From Pyrinomonadaceae bacterium (lineage in GTDB: Bacteria; Acidobacteriota; Blastocatellia; Pyrinomonadales; Pyrinomonadaceae): a DNA stretch of 64,000 nt. Positions within the stretch are counted from its first letter, which is position 1; every line of letters begins with the position of its first letter. The notes under the pieces were generated by a model that was given only the letters and a program-made list of their open reading frames with translations, was not told the DNA's origin and did not search any database. Location of the stretch: positions 384,001 to 448,000 of the forward strand of contig JBKBYA010000001.1 of the NCBI GenBank assembly GCA_046313635.1. Reading direction: 5' to 3'. Below, piece after piece: positions 41,930-55,343 of the stretch. The position numbers were made by a program, and so were the translations under genes.

Positions 41930-42838
41930 CTACTTTTTGGAGTAGCTGCGATACAGGATGTCGATCCACGAATCGGTCTTGATAAAACCGGTTCCCCAGT
42001 CTTTGTACTTTTCGGGCAGGCCCGCCTTTTTGATCTCGTCTACCGACATCTTTTTCTTCATCGCGTCCTGAACGATAGTCGAGGTCTCGATCAGCATCTG
42101 GCGAAACGTCTTGAGATCGTCGACCGTCGCAAGCGGCCCGTGGCCGGGGATCAGCTTTGCGTCGCCGGGAATGTCGCTGATCAGCTGACCGATGTTATTG
42201 ATCAACCCCTGAACGCTGCCGCCGCTGTCGATATCGACGAAGGGAAACTTGCCGACAAAAAAGTCGTCGCCGAGATGGACGACCTTTGAATTCATAAAAA
42301 AGACGACCGTATCGCCGTCGGTGTGGCCGTTCGGATAATGTATGGCGCGGATCTCCTCGCCATTCAAATGGATCGTGATGCTCTGAGCATAGGTCACGAT
42401 CGGCAGGGCGATCGGCGCGTACGGCGGTGTCGTTCGGCCAAATATCGTCGGCGGAGCCATCAGCCGACGTCGTACGTTATCGTGAGCAATGATGACCGTG
42501 CCCGTCTTGCCGAACGACTCGTTGTTCTCGGTATGATCGCCGTGCCAATGCGTGTTAAGCAGGAAACGCGGACTATCATAACCGAGAGCCTTGAGGGCGT
42601 CCCTCAAGGCCGGGCCGACGACCTTATAATCGTCGTCGATGATCAGGAGGCCGTCCATGCCGACCAGGGCCCCGATATTGCCCCCGCGGCCCTGCAGCAT
42701 ATAAACGTTGCCGCTGATTTTTGTTGTCTTGACCATTACGTCCTGCTGCGGCCCGCCGTGGCCGTCCACGCCGCCGTGCGCCCAGGCCGCGCCCCAAAAA
42801 CACAGGACCGCGGATGCGATCGTCAATAGTCGTTTCAT
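41930..42838 (-). CDS. Secreted metallo-beta-lactamase-fold hydrolase
   Basis: THWHGDH, GHTDGD, IPGHG. Confidence 0.92.
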   Translation of the reverse strand: MKRLLTIASAVLCFWGAAWAHGGVDGHGGPQQDVMVKTTKISGNVYMLQGRGGNIGALVGMDGLLIIDDDYKVVGPALRDALKALGYDSPRFLLNTHWHGDHTENNESFGKTGTVIIAHDNVRRRLMAPPTIFGRTTPPYAPIALPIVTYAQSITIHLNGEEIRAIHYPNGHTDGDTVVFFMNSKVVHLGDDFFVGKFPFVDIDSGGSVQGLINNIGQLISDIPGDAKLIPGHGPLATVDDLKTFRQMLIETSTIVQDAMKKKMSVDEIKKAGLPEKYKDWGTGFIKTDSWIDILYRSYSKK

Positions 42839-42932
42839 TTGTCGCTGACCTCTACGAATTGAATTTCAGAAACGGGAAGATAATAGCAAAGTTCAAATGC
42901 GGCCCGGCAGCAACCGGTAGGGCCGCTCGAGC

Positions 42933-43625
42933 CTAGAGGAACCGACCGCGGGCAGGCTGGTAAGCGCCGGTCAGAAATGGATTGGTCGCGCGCTCGCGGC
43001 CGACGGTGGTCTCGGGCCCGTGACCCGAATAAACGACAAAGTCGTCGCCGAGCGTGAGGATGTTGTTTTCGATCGACGCGACTAGCTGCTCGTAGCTGCC
43101 GCCGGGCAGGTCGGTACGGCCGATCGAGCCCGCAAACAAGCAGTCGCCGACGAAGACCTTTTTCTCGCTCTCCTCCGCCAGGACAACGTGCCCGGGCGTG
43201 TGACCGGGACAATGAAGCACCTTGAATCGCAGTTCTCCGAGCTCGTAGATCTCGCCGTGCTGCCAATGACGGGAGATCGTCGGCGGCTCGTCATAGTCCA
43301 TTCCGAGCGCCTTCAGCTGATGCGGCTGCAGGCCCATCATCAGAGGCTGGCGCGGCAGCGTTCGGTAGAGCGGCTCGTCCTCACGGTGGATCAGTATCTC
43401 GGCGGCCGGAAACGCCTCATATAACGCGAGCGTTCCGCCCACGTGATCGAGATGTCCGTGCGTAAGAGCGATCGCCTGCAGTTCGAGGCCGTTGTGTCGA
43501 ATGAAGTCGGTCAGCTCCGCCGAAGGCTCGGCCGGGTCGATGCAGATCGCCCGTCTCGTGCTCTCGCACGCGACGACGCGTGTGTTTTGCTGGAACGCGC
43601 TTAGTACGAACTGGCCGATGATCAT
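42933..43625 (-). CDS. MBL-fold hydrolase (glyoxalase II-like)
   Basis: THGHLDH, PGHTPG, GRTDLPGG, GHG, NPFL. Confidence 0.93.
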   Translation of the reverse strand: MIIGQFVLSAFQQNTRVVACESTRRAICIDPAEPSAELTDFIRHNGLELQAIALTHGHLDHVGGTLALYEAFPAAEILIHREDEPLYRTLPRQPLMMGLQPHQLKALGMDYDEPPTISRHWQHGEIYELGELRFKVLHCPGHTPGHVVLAEESEKKVFVGDCLFAGSIGRTDLPGGSYEQLVASIENNILTLGDDFVVYSGHGPETTVGRERATNPFLTGAYQPARGRFL

Positions 43626-43909
43626 GCTTTTATAAGCCTATCAATACAACTCTCGACGTCAAACGGTTCGGCCTTCCGATCGCGGAGGATGAAGAGGACG
43701 GCATCGCGATAAGCGGCCGCGTCCGGCCGGCCGGGAAAGCAGGGCGTCTCGTTGTCGTCCAAACTGAGATAGCTGACAAGGCAGCTGACCAGCATCCACA
43801 GGAGGATCTCGTCGCGCGAGCCGATCGGATTATGCCGGATGATCACCTCCCGATCCTCGTAAATGCCCTCGCACAAACGCCTGAATTCCGCCTCGGTTAT
43901 TCTGCTCAT
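43622..43909 (-). CDS. Hypothetical protein
   Basis: GGAGG RBS; 4-bp overlap with the downstream gene. Confidence 0.75.
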   Translation of the reverse strand: MSRITEAEFRRLCEGIYEDREVIIRHNPIGSRDEILLWMLVSCLVSYLSLDDNETPCFPGRPDAAAYRDAVLFILRDRKAEPFDVESCIDRLIKA

Positions 43910-44057
43910 TCAACCTCCATTTAATCACAGACAGTTGCCGAGCGTGGTGTACGCAATTCAGGCGCGGGCGACACGATCGGAAAGGCCTTGTACGTAATGC
44001 GAACAGGTCACGCCGTGCAAACAACCGAAAAATGTCCTAATTCGAGCGGACTGAGCG

Positions 44058-44073
44058 TGGCACGGACATTGCA
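44058..44073 (+). promoter_or_regulatory. Sigma-54 -24/-12 promoter
   Basis: TGGCACG-GACA-TTGCA, exact consensus and GG-N10-GC spacing. Confidence 0.8.
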
Positions 44074-44083
44074 AAAATAGCCG

Positions 44084-44342
44084 CGAACACGGAAGGATCA
44101 AGTACGACGCAGGGGCAGCGTTAAATACTACGGAACGAGCACGGGTGGGTTCGGCTGCCGCCGCAAAGGCGGCAGCCATTTATCAAACAGGTTTCGAGCA
44201 AGGGTACCGGGCAGGTACGAGAAAGGTTTCGGGAATCGGCGGCCGCCCAAGCGGCTGCTGAGTTTGGAAAAGAGATCAGCCTACTGGGAGAATCTTCGGA
44301 TGTGGGCTCGAAGAATTAAGCTGATCTCTTTTCCATTTTTTT
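44084..44342 (+). ncRNA. Candidate sigma-54-dependent structured RNA
   Basis: Promoter upstream, several hairpins, 16-bp closing stem followed by T7, no convincing ORF. Confidence 0.6.
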
Positions 44343-44401
44343 CAGTATCGATCTTTGAAAATCACGGTTTGCAAAGTCTTGCATCTCAACTATAGGGTGA
44401 A

Positions 44402-44496
44402 CAATCTACTACTTATCTCACATCTCCAAATTGCTTTCGGATCGTGATTTTCTAAGAAACAGCCGGCATTCTCGCCAGAGAATGCCGGTTTTTTTT
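44402..44496 (+). ncRNA. Candidate ~95-nt sRNA
   Basis: TTGCAA...TATAGGGT promoter-like sequence, CU-rich 5' part, strong terminator with T8 on the + strand. Confidence 0.45.
44462..44496. terminator. Intrinsic terminator
   Basis: CCGGCATTCTC-GCCA-GAGAATGCCGG followed by a T run. Confidence 0.88.
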
Positions 44497-44511
44497 GCGC
44501 CCGGTCACAAC

Positions 44512-44961
44512 TTAGAGTTCTTCTTCGTACATTAGGTAATGCGAGCGCCGCATCCCGACGGCGTCGTAGACGGCCTGTGCCCGCTTATTCTCGGTCTCGA
44601 CGTAAAGCCGAAACCCTTTTACCTCGCCCCGCTCGACGGCCAGCTCTTTTATGAACTCGTACATCCGGCGATACAGCCGTTGCCCGCGAACTTCCGGACG
44701 AATGTACACACTTTGTATCCACCAAAACCAACCGTTACGCCAGTCGCTCCACTCGAACGTGATCAAAAGTCCGCCGACGATCTCGCCCGCGGCCGATTCG
44801 GCGACGATATAAAAGCCTTTTCCGGGATCGGTCAGGACGGCGGCCACGCCGCGGGCGAGAGTCTCGTTGTCGAGCCGTTTTCCCTCGGTCTCGAACGCCA
44901 TAGCCTGATTGAATTCGACGAGTGCGGCCGCATCGCTCTGCCGCGCGGGACGGATCTGCAT
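44512..44961 (-). CDS. GNAT-family acetyltransferase
   Basis: EWSDWRNG, QSVYIRPEVRGQ, LYVETEN. Confidence 0.93.
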   Translation of the reverse strand: MQIRPARQSDAAALVEFNQAMAFETEGKRLDNETLARGVAAVLTDPGKGFYIVAESAAGEIVGGLLITFEWSDWRNGWFWWIQSVYIRPEVRGQRLYRRMYEFIKELAVERGEVKGFRLYVETENKRAQAVYDAVGMRRSHYLMYEEEL

Positions 44962-45032
44962 TTCGATAACCTTGACGGGTCTGCCGCGGCCAACTAACCT
45001 TAAATGTTTTGCCGCGCGGCAGATACCTTTCT

Positions 45033-45992
45033 ATGAAGTTACGGATACTTTATCACGGCAATTGTTTCGACGGCGTCTCGTCGGCGGCCATCTTTACAAA
45101 GTTCTACAAGGCAAAGGTCCACGCGGACGCCGAGGTGGCTTACACGCCGACGATGCATCGAGCCGGCAACGCATTTGACCGCGAACAGTTTGACGGCGAC
45201 GAGAATGCGATCGTCGATTTTAAGTACTGTCCGGACGAGCGCCTCACGTGGTGGTTCGATCACCACCAGTCGGCTTTCTTGTCAAAAGAGGACGAGGCCC
45301 ACTTTCTCGCCGACCGGTCGGGCAAGAAGTTTCTCGACGCCAGCAGCGCGTCATGTGCCGAGTTCATCGCGAGGATCGCGCGGGAGAAGTTCGGATTCGA
45401 TGACCGGTCGCTTTCCGAATTGATCGAATGGGCGCACATCATCGACGGCGCGTTTTACGAGTCGCCCGCGCAGTGCGTCGAGCTGAGGTCGTCGGCCTTG
45501 AAGCTGATGCAGGTCATCGAGGGCGAAAAAGACCCGTCTTTTGTCGAGCACATCATCCGTTCGCTCGCCGAGAAAACTCTCGACGATGTCGTCGCGAGTC
45601 CCGAGATCCAGGCCAAACTTGAGCCGATACTCGAGCAGCACTGGAAGACGGTCGAGATGATCCGCGAGCGGTCGAGGTACGAGCGCGGCGTGGTGACATT
45701 CGATCTCACAGACACCGATATCGACAGCTACAACAAGTTTATCCCGTACTACTTTTTCCCCGAGACCACATATAACGTCTCGCTCTCGCAGAGCTCGTTC
45801 CGCACAAAGATCTCGGTCGGATCGAATCCGTGGGCGCCGCGGCCGCGGCGTCACAACATCGCCGAGCTATGCGAGCGCTACGGCGGCGGCGGCCACGCCG
45901 TTGTTGGGGCCGTGTCGCTCAAGCCCGAGGAACTTGAGCTCGGACGGCAGTATATGAAGGAGATCGTCGAGGAACTGCGGTTCGACGATTGA
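45033..45992 (+). CDS. DHH-family phosphoesterase
   Basis: YHGNCFDG, IVDF, FDHH, GGGGH. Confidence 0.9.
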   Translation: MKLRILYHGNCFDGVSSAAIFTKFYKAKVHADAEVAYTPTMHRAGNAFDREQFDGDENAIVDFKYCPDERLTWWFDHHQSAFLSKEDEAHFLADRSGKKFLDASSASCAEFIARIAREKFGFDDRSLSELIEWAHIIDGAFYESPAQCVELRSSALKLMQVIEGEKDPSFVEHIIRSLAEKTLDDVVASPEIQAKLEPILEQHWKTVEMIRERSRYERGVVTFDLTDTDIDSYNKFIPYYFFPETTYNVSLSQSSFRTKISVGSNPWAPRPRRHNIAELCERYGGGGHAVVGAVSLKPEELELGRQYMKEIVEELRFDD

Positions 45993-45999
45993 GTCCGCG

Positions 46000-46159
46000 G
46001 CCCGCACGTCAGTAAGGGCTCAAGCATAGCCGTACTCAACTGAGTTGAAGTAAGACCACACCGAGCCCCAAGCTTAGGCCGCAGACCGTTCTGTCTCGAT
46101 TGGGCGGCGGTTATGTTGTCTCAGATCTACCGTTGAGCCCTTACTTACGTGCGGGCTAC
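46000..46159. repeat. GTAG-type REP doublet (REPIN-like)
   Basis: 24-bp inverted repeat (23/24) at 46000-46023 and 46133-46156; the right copy reads GTAGCCC...GGGC on the minus strand. Confidence 0.8.
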
Positions 46160-46187
46160 AGACACCGGGCTACTGACCCTCTGGCGT

Positions 46188-46739
46188 CTACGACTTTTTG
46201 GTAAAGACCATCGTCGACGCGCTCGTGCCTCGCGGCGAAGACATCTCGCGCTCTATCGTCAGCGTCTTGCCGTCGTCTGAGATCGACCACGTCTCCTTGT
46301 TTGAGATCGTCATCTCGCCCATCGGACCGATGAAGGTGCTCGTTCGCGAGAGATGAAGTTTGTCGCCCTCGGCCTTTGCGGTGAGCTTTACGGGCATCGA
46401 GCCCATCGGGCCCTCCTGTTGGATCGTCGTCTCTTTTCCGTCGAGCGTGTAAGTGGTCGTGCCGTCGCCGCCGGATCCGCCGCGTCCCATCCCGCGTCCC
46501 ATACCGCCCTGCGGAGCGTCGGCCGGAGGCGGCAGACGCTTGGTAGCGGTCTCGATCCTTATCTCGCCGGCGGTCTGCGCGACCGTGAGCGTCATCGACT
46601 CGATCCGCGCCCGCTCATCGAGCTTGGACTTGCCGACGTCGAGCGTCCACGTTCCGCTGAAGTCCCTGGCCTTGCCCTGCGCAAAGGCCGATATCGACAG
46701 CAGGCAAAACACCGCCGTCAGAAAGAAAAGCTTCTTCAT
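46188..46739 (-). CDS. Secreted hypothetical protein (lipocalin-like beta-barrel)
   Basis: Signal peptide MKKLFF...AFA; DFSGTWTLD; GGAG RBS. Confidence 0.8.
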   Translation of the reverse strand: MKKLFFLTAVFCLLSISAFAQGKARDFSGTWTLDVGKSKLDERARIESMTLTVAQTAGEIRIETATKRLPPPADAPQGGMGRGMGRGGSGGDGTTTYTLDGKETTIQQEGPMGSMPVKLTAKAEGDKLHLSRTSTFIGPMGEMTISNKETWSISDDGKTLTIEREMSSPRGTSASTMVFTKKS

Positions 46740-46816
46740 CTTTTTTGCTCCTTGAATAAAAGAAAATTCCCGCACGCGTATGACGCACGGGAATGCTGAT
46801 AAGTTCTCGGCCCTCT

Positions 46817-46831
46817 GTAAAGTTTTGTAAA
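46817..46831. promoter_or_regulatory. CpxR-type box GTAAA-N5-GTAAA
   Basis: Exact motif 78 bp upstream of the secreted protein gene. Confidence 0.55.
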
Positions 46832-46838
46832 CCGATCG

Positions 46839-48653
46839 CTACGCTGCTGCAGCTTCCTCGCGGACGTGCAGCTTGCTGTTCCAGTACCCGTACACGAAAT
46901 AGAGCACCAGTCCGACCAGCAGCCAGATGCCGAACCGGATCCAGTTGACGATGCCCAGCTCGGTCATCAGATACGTGCAGCACATCACGCCGAGCACGGG
47001 GATGAGCGACAGTCGCTTCACAAAGCTGAGTACGGTCATCGCGACCGCGAACAGGGCAAAGACGATGTACGGGATCTTGTGGCTGAAAGTCCAAAACGGC
47101 GTCTCGCCCTCGGTGGTCGGCGTCATATCGGTAAAGAAATTTCGCACCGCCTCGCCGTTCAGATAAAGCAGTCCGCCGACGATCAGCAAAAACATCGCCG
47201 GCACGATGTAACGCCCGCTGATGTACGGTACGAAGCGCTTCTGACCGGCAAATTCCTTGTCCTTGACCAGCACGCCCGCGCAGACGATCGTGAAGGCGAA
47301 GAGCGTCCCGATCACCGACAGATCGGTCACCTCCGAGAGGTTCATAAATAGCGCCGGCACTGCGACCATTACGCCGGTCAGCAGCGTCGAGAACCACGGC
47401 GTGCGGAATCGCGGATGGATCGACGAAAAGATCTTCGGCAGCAGACCGTCGCGGCTCATCGCCATCCACAGACGCGGCTGACCGAGCTGGAAGACGAGCA
47501 GAACCGTCGCGATCGCGACGATCGCGCTCACGGCGATGATGCCGGCGACCCACGGAATGTTGACGCCTTCGGGCCCGAAGACGAACGCAAGCGGGTCGCC
47601 GACCGCGAGCTTGGTGTACGGCACCATTCCGGTCAGTACGAGCGCGAGCGCGACGTAGAGTACGGTGCAGATCAGGAGCGAATAGATCATTCCCCGGGGC
47701 AGAGTCTTGTACGGGTCTTTGCATTCCTCGGCCGTCGTCGAGAGAGCGTCGAAACCGATGTACGCAAAGAAGACCGCCGACACGCCGGTCATCACGCCGC
47801 CGAAGCCGTTCGGCATGAACGGGCTCCAGTTCTCGGTCTTCACGTAAAAAGCGCCGAGGATGATCACGAGCAGGATGATCGCGAGCTTGAGGGCGACCAT
47901 GATGTTGGACGCGATCTTTGATTCGCGGATGCCGACGTAGACGAGAGCCGTGATGAGAAAGACGATCCCAAGCGCCGGCAGGTCGGCGACGATCGGGATG
48001 CCGCCGATGTGCGGAGCGGTGGTCCAGGCCGTGTAGGCCTCGAGCTGACCGCAGTTGATCACGGCGTCCGCGGCCTCGCACCCGGCGCGTAGCGCCTCGA
48101 CGGTCGAGCCGTCAGCGACGGCCTTTTGCACGGCATCGTAGCCGAGATGCGCCGTGCGAAAGTCCATCGTGTAGTTGACCGGGATGTGAATGCCGTTGGT
48201 GGAGAGCAGACTCGTAAAGTAATCGCTCCACGAGATCGCGACCGCGATGTTGCCGATGGCGTATTCGACGAGCAGGTCCCAACCGATGATCCACGCGAGC
48301 AGCTCGCCGAAGCTGGCGTACGCGTACGTGTAGGCCGAGCCTGCGATCGGGATCTTTGACGCAAATTCCGCATAGCACAGAGCCGAGAATCCGCACGCCA
48401 CCGCCGCAAAGATAAAGAGCAGTATCACCGCCGGGCCGCCGCGATTCGCCGCGTTGCCGACCATCGCAAAAATTCCGGCGCCGATGATCGCGGCGATGCC
48501 GAGCATCGTGAGGTCAAACGTGCCGAGCGAGCGCCTGAGGCCGACGTGCTCCTCGCCCGGTTGGCCAGGCACGAGCTCGGCGTCGGCAAATCCGGCGGCC
48601 GCATCGGCCTGTATCTGCGCGATCGATTTTTTGCGAAAGAGTGATCTGCTCAT
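46839..48653 (-). CDS. APC-family (cationic amino acid transporter-like) permease
   Basis: GAIIGAGIF-like motif, AGSAYTY, FFAYIGFD, MSRDGLLP. Confidence 0.95.
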   Translation of the reverse strand: MSRSLFRKKSIAQIQADAAAGFADAELVPGQPGEEHVGLRRSLGTFDLTMLGIAAIIGAGIFAMVGNAANRGGPAVILLFIFAAVACGFSALCYAEFASKIPIAGSAYTYAYASFGELLAWIIGWDLLVEYAIGNIAVAISWSDYFTSLLSTNGIHIPVNYTMDFRTAHLGYDAVQKAVADGSTVEALRAGCEAADAVINCGQLEAYTAWTTAPHIGGIPIVADLPALGIVFLITALVYVGIRESKIASNIMVALKLAIILLVIILGAFYVKTENWSPFMPNGFGGVMTGVSAVFFAYIGFDALSTTAEECKDPYKTLPRGMIYSLLICTVLYVALALVLTGMVPYTKLAVGDPLAFVFGPEGVNIPWVAGIIAVSAIVAIATVLLVFQLGQPRLWMAMSRDGLLPKIFSSIHPRFRTPWFSTLLTGVMVAVPALFMNLSEVTDLSVIGTLFAFTIVCAGVLVKDKEFAGQKRFVPYISGRYIVPAMFLLIVGGLLYLNGEAVRNFFTDMTPTTEGETPFWTFSHKIPYIVFALFAVAMTVLSFVKRLSLIPVLGVMCCTYLMTELGIVNWIRFGIWLLVGLVLYFVYGYWNSKLHVREEAAAA

Positions 48654-48883
48654 AGTCTCAACTTCCGGAAAGGTTCCGGTCAAAATATCGTTTACGACAA
48701 AGGGGAATTCGAAGGATCGTGGCCGCCGTCGGCGACTAGCGAATTTTGAATGAAAAATCTCGAAGATGCAATGGAACGCCCTCTCGATTGGACGTTTACT
48801 ACCGGCGAAATCAAAAAACCGAACGCCGGAATCGTGCCGCACGCTGTCTCTCTCTCCGCGGCCGCCGTACGCGAAAGCGTGTT

Positions 48884-49237
48884 ATGAGAACAGAACCTGT
48901 CCATAAGGACCTGAGCACCTCGTACGTTAACCTAGGCTCGCTCATCCTGCACCTGCAGCAGCAGAGGTTTGTCGGCAGAGTCAAGGTCGAGTTGACGAGC
49001 TATGAGTCCGAGATCGTCTTTGCCGCCGACCGGATGGTTTACGTCCGCGACTGCGACCTGACGACCGGTCTGACGACCGTCGGTGAGAATGCATTTCGCC
49101 AGACACTCAAGCGCTCGCGCGAGCCCGCGGGTCTGATCAGCGTTTTTCAGGCCGATGCGCAGCGGCAAAAAAAGGCGCCGTTCGTCGCGCCTGAGATAAT
49201 GGACTGGGCTAAGAGAAGGTCGCAGCTTCAGAACTGA
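48884..49237 (+). CDS. Hypothetical protein
   Basis: 117-aa ORF filling the gap between divergent and convergent neighbours. Confidence 0.55.
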   Translation: MRTEPVHKDLSTSYVNLGSLILHLQQQRFVGRVKVELTSYESEIVFAADRMVYVRDCDLTTGLTTVGENAFRQTLKRSREPAGLISVFQADAQRQKKAPFVAPEIMDWAKRRSQLQN

Positions 49238-49264
49238 CGCCGCGACCTTGATCGCTCGCAAGTT

Positions 49265-49810
49265 CTACCGCTTGAGCCGGTCGACGAACTTCTGCCGAAA
49301 CTTTGCCACCTTCGGCGCGACGACCGCCGCGCAGTACGGCTGGTTGGGATTATTGGCAAAGTACTCCTGGTGATAATCCTCGGCCGGCCAGAACCTCTCG
49401 AACGGCGTTACCTCGGTCACGATCGGGTCGTCGTAAACTCCCTCGTTCGTAACTTCGTTTATCACCTCTTCGGCTATCTGCTTTTGCTCGTCCGAGTGAT
49501 AAAAGATCGCCGACCGGTACTGCGTGCCGATGTCGTTGCCCTGTCTATTTAGCTGGGTCGGGTCGTGCGTCGCAAAAAAGACACGCAGTATGTCTCGGAA
49601 CGAGATCACGTTCGGGTCAAACTTGATCTGAACGACCTCGGCGTGACCGGTCGTGCCGTCGCAGACCTGGCGATAGGTCGGATTCTCGGCATGGCCGCCC
49701 GAGTAGCCGGAGACGACGTCTTCGACGCCCTTCAGATCGTCATACACCGCTTCGACGCACCAAAAGCAGCCGCCCGCAAGCGTCGCCGTTTCGAGACCGT
49801 TGTTTTCCAT
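49265..49810 (-). CDS. msrA: Peptide methionine sulfoxide reductase A
   Basis: GGCFWC, GHAEVV, AEDYHQEY. Confidence 0.97.
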   Translation of the reverse strand: MENNGLETATLAGGCFWCVEAVYDDLKGVEDVVSGYSGGHAENPTYRQVCDGTTGHAEVVQIKFDPNVISFRDILRVFFATHDPTQLNRQGNDIGTQYRSAIFYHSDEQKQIAEEVINEVTNEGVYDDPIVTEVTPFERFWPAEDYHQEYFANNPNQPYCAAVVAPKVAKFRQKFVDRLKR

Positions 49811-49911
49811 AAAGCTTAATTTCCCCGGATGATCGTTGTGTCTCCATTCTATTCGACCGAGATCGCATTCTCCAGAGTGGCGGTGTCATGGAGACTGTTC
49901 AGCATCGAAGT

Positions 49912-49980
49912 CCTTTGCGATCTTTGCGGACCTTGCGTGAAACCAGGTATTTCACGCAACGCTCGCAGAGACCGCAAAGA
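49912..49980. repeat. Inverted 9-mer array (CTTTGCG / CGCAAAG)
   Basis: CTTTGCGAT CTTTGCGGA CCTTGCGTGAAA ... TTTCACGCAA ... CGCAGAGAC CGCAAAGA. Confidence 0.85.
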
Positions 49981-50047
49981 AAAGCAGGGCCCGAAAAAGA
50001 AAACGCTCTTGGTAGGTCGGCGTTCGGCTGATTATCATCGGGGCAGG

Positions 50048-51062
<1,015 letters not shown>

Positions 51063-51156
51063 GAACGCAGGGGGCCGGCATGCAACTCGGCAAAGCTGAC
51101 GGTGATCGACAAGACGGCCGGTAGATGACGCTTTTCCCTTGCGTCCGACTTGCTCG

Positions 51157-53109
<1,953 letters not shown>

Positions 53110-53248
53110 AGACGACAAGTATAAATTACGTCGAACGTCTGTCTAAAACGCATCACCGCCGCTTATCGCCCCGCACTTTGGAATGCCCGCCGCGACTGTG
53201 TAAAATCGGCACTGCGCCCGAGCCTCACAGCAAGTTAGCCCGACACAG

Positions 53249-54763
<1,515 letters not shown>

Positions 54764-54807
54764 GATCCTTGGTTGGCGCGCAAGCGAACGCGATGCCCAT
54801 CGCTGTA

Positions 54808-55301
54808 TTCAACGCGGAGACCGCAGAAGTTTTCGCCGAGTAACGCGGAGGGTCGGATGCTAATTGACGGAGCCGGATTGAACGAGATCAGTGGTGCTAC
54901 TATCGGGGCCGCCATTGAAGTTCACAGAAGTTTGGGCCCGGGGCTGTTAGAGAGTGCTTATCGCGAGTGCCTTTCTCGCGAATTGCTATTGCGAGGGATC
55001 CCGTTTGAGCGCGAACGTACTCTGCCGGTCGAGTACAAAGGAGTACGTCTGGAGGCCGGATATCGCCTCGACTTCTTGATCGCAAATTCCGTCGTTGTCG
55101 AGATCAAATCGATCGATGCTCTTGCGCCGATCCATGAAGCACAGCTGATCACCTACCTTCGCCTGGGCGGATGGCGGTTGGGGTTATTGATCAACTTCAA
55201 TGTCGTTTCTCTCAGACAGGGAATTCACCGTCGCGTCTTGGGCTTTGAAGGGTAGTAGATCAGCGGTCCTCTGCGAAATTCTCTGTGTTCTCTGCGTTGA
55301 A
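54808..55301 (+). mobile_element. Candidate GxxExxY cassette bounded by 41-bp imperfect inverted repeats
   Basis: 54808-54848 matches the reverse complement of 55261-55301 at 31/41 without gaps; lies between xylG and xylH. Confidence 0.65.
54857..55255 (+). CDS. GxxExxY protein (PD-(D/E)xK nuclease fold)
   Basis: [29 protein letters not shown]. Confidence 0.95.
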   Translation: MLIDGAGLNEISGATIGAAIEVHRSLGPGLLESAYRECLSRELLLRGIPFERERTLPVEYKGVRLEAGYRLDFLIANSVVVEIKSIDALAPIHEAQLITYLRLGGWRLGLLINFNVVSLRQGIHRRVLGFEG

Positions 55302-55343
55302 ATTACTTTTTTGTGTTCTAAGGACCGCCGGAAGATCGACAGC

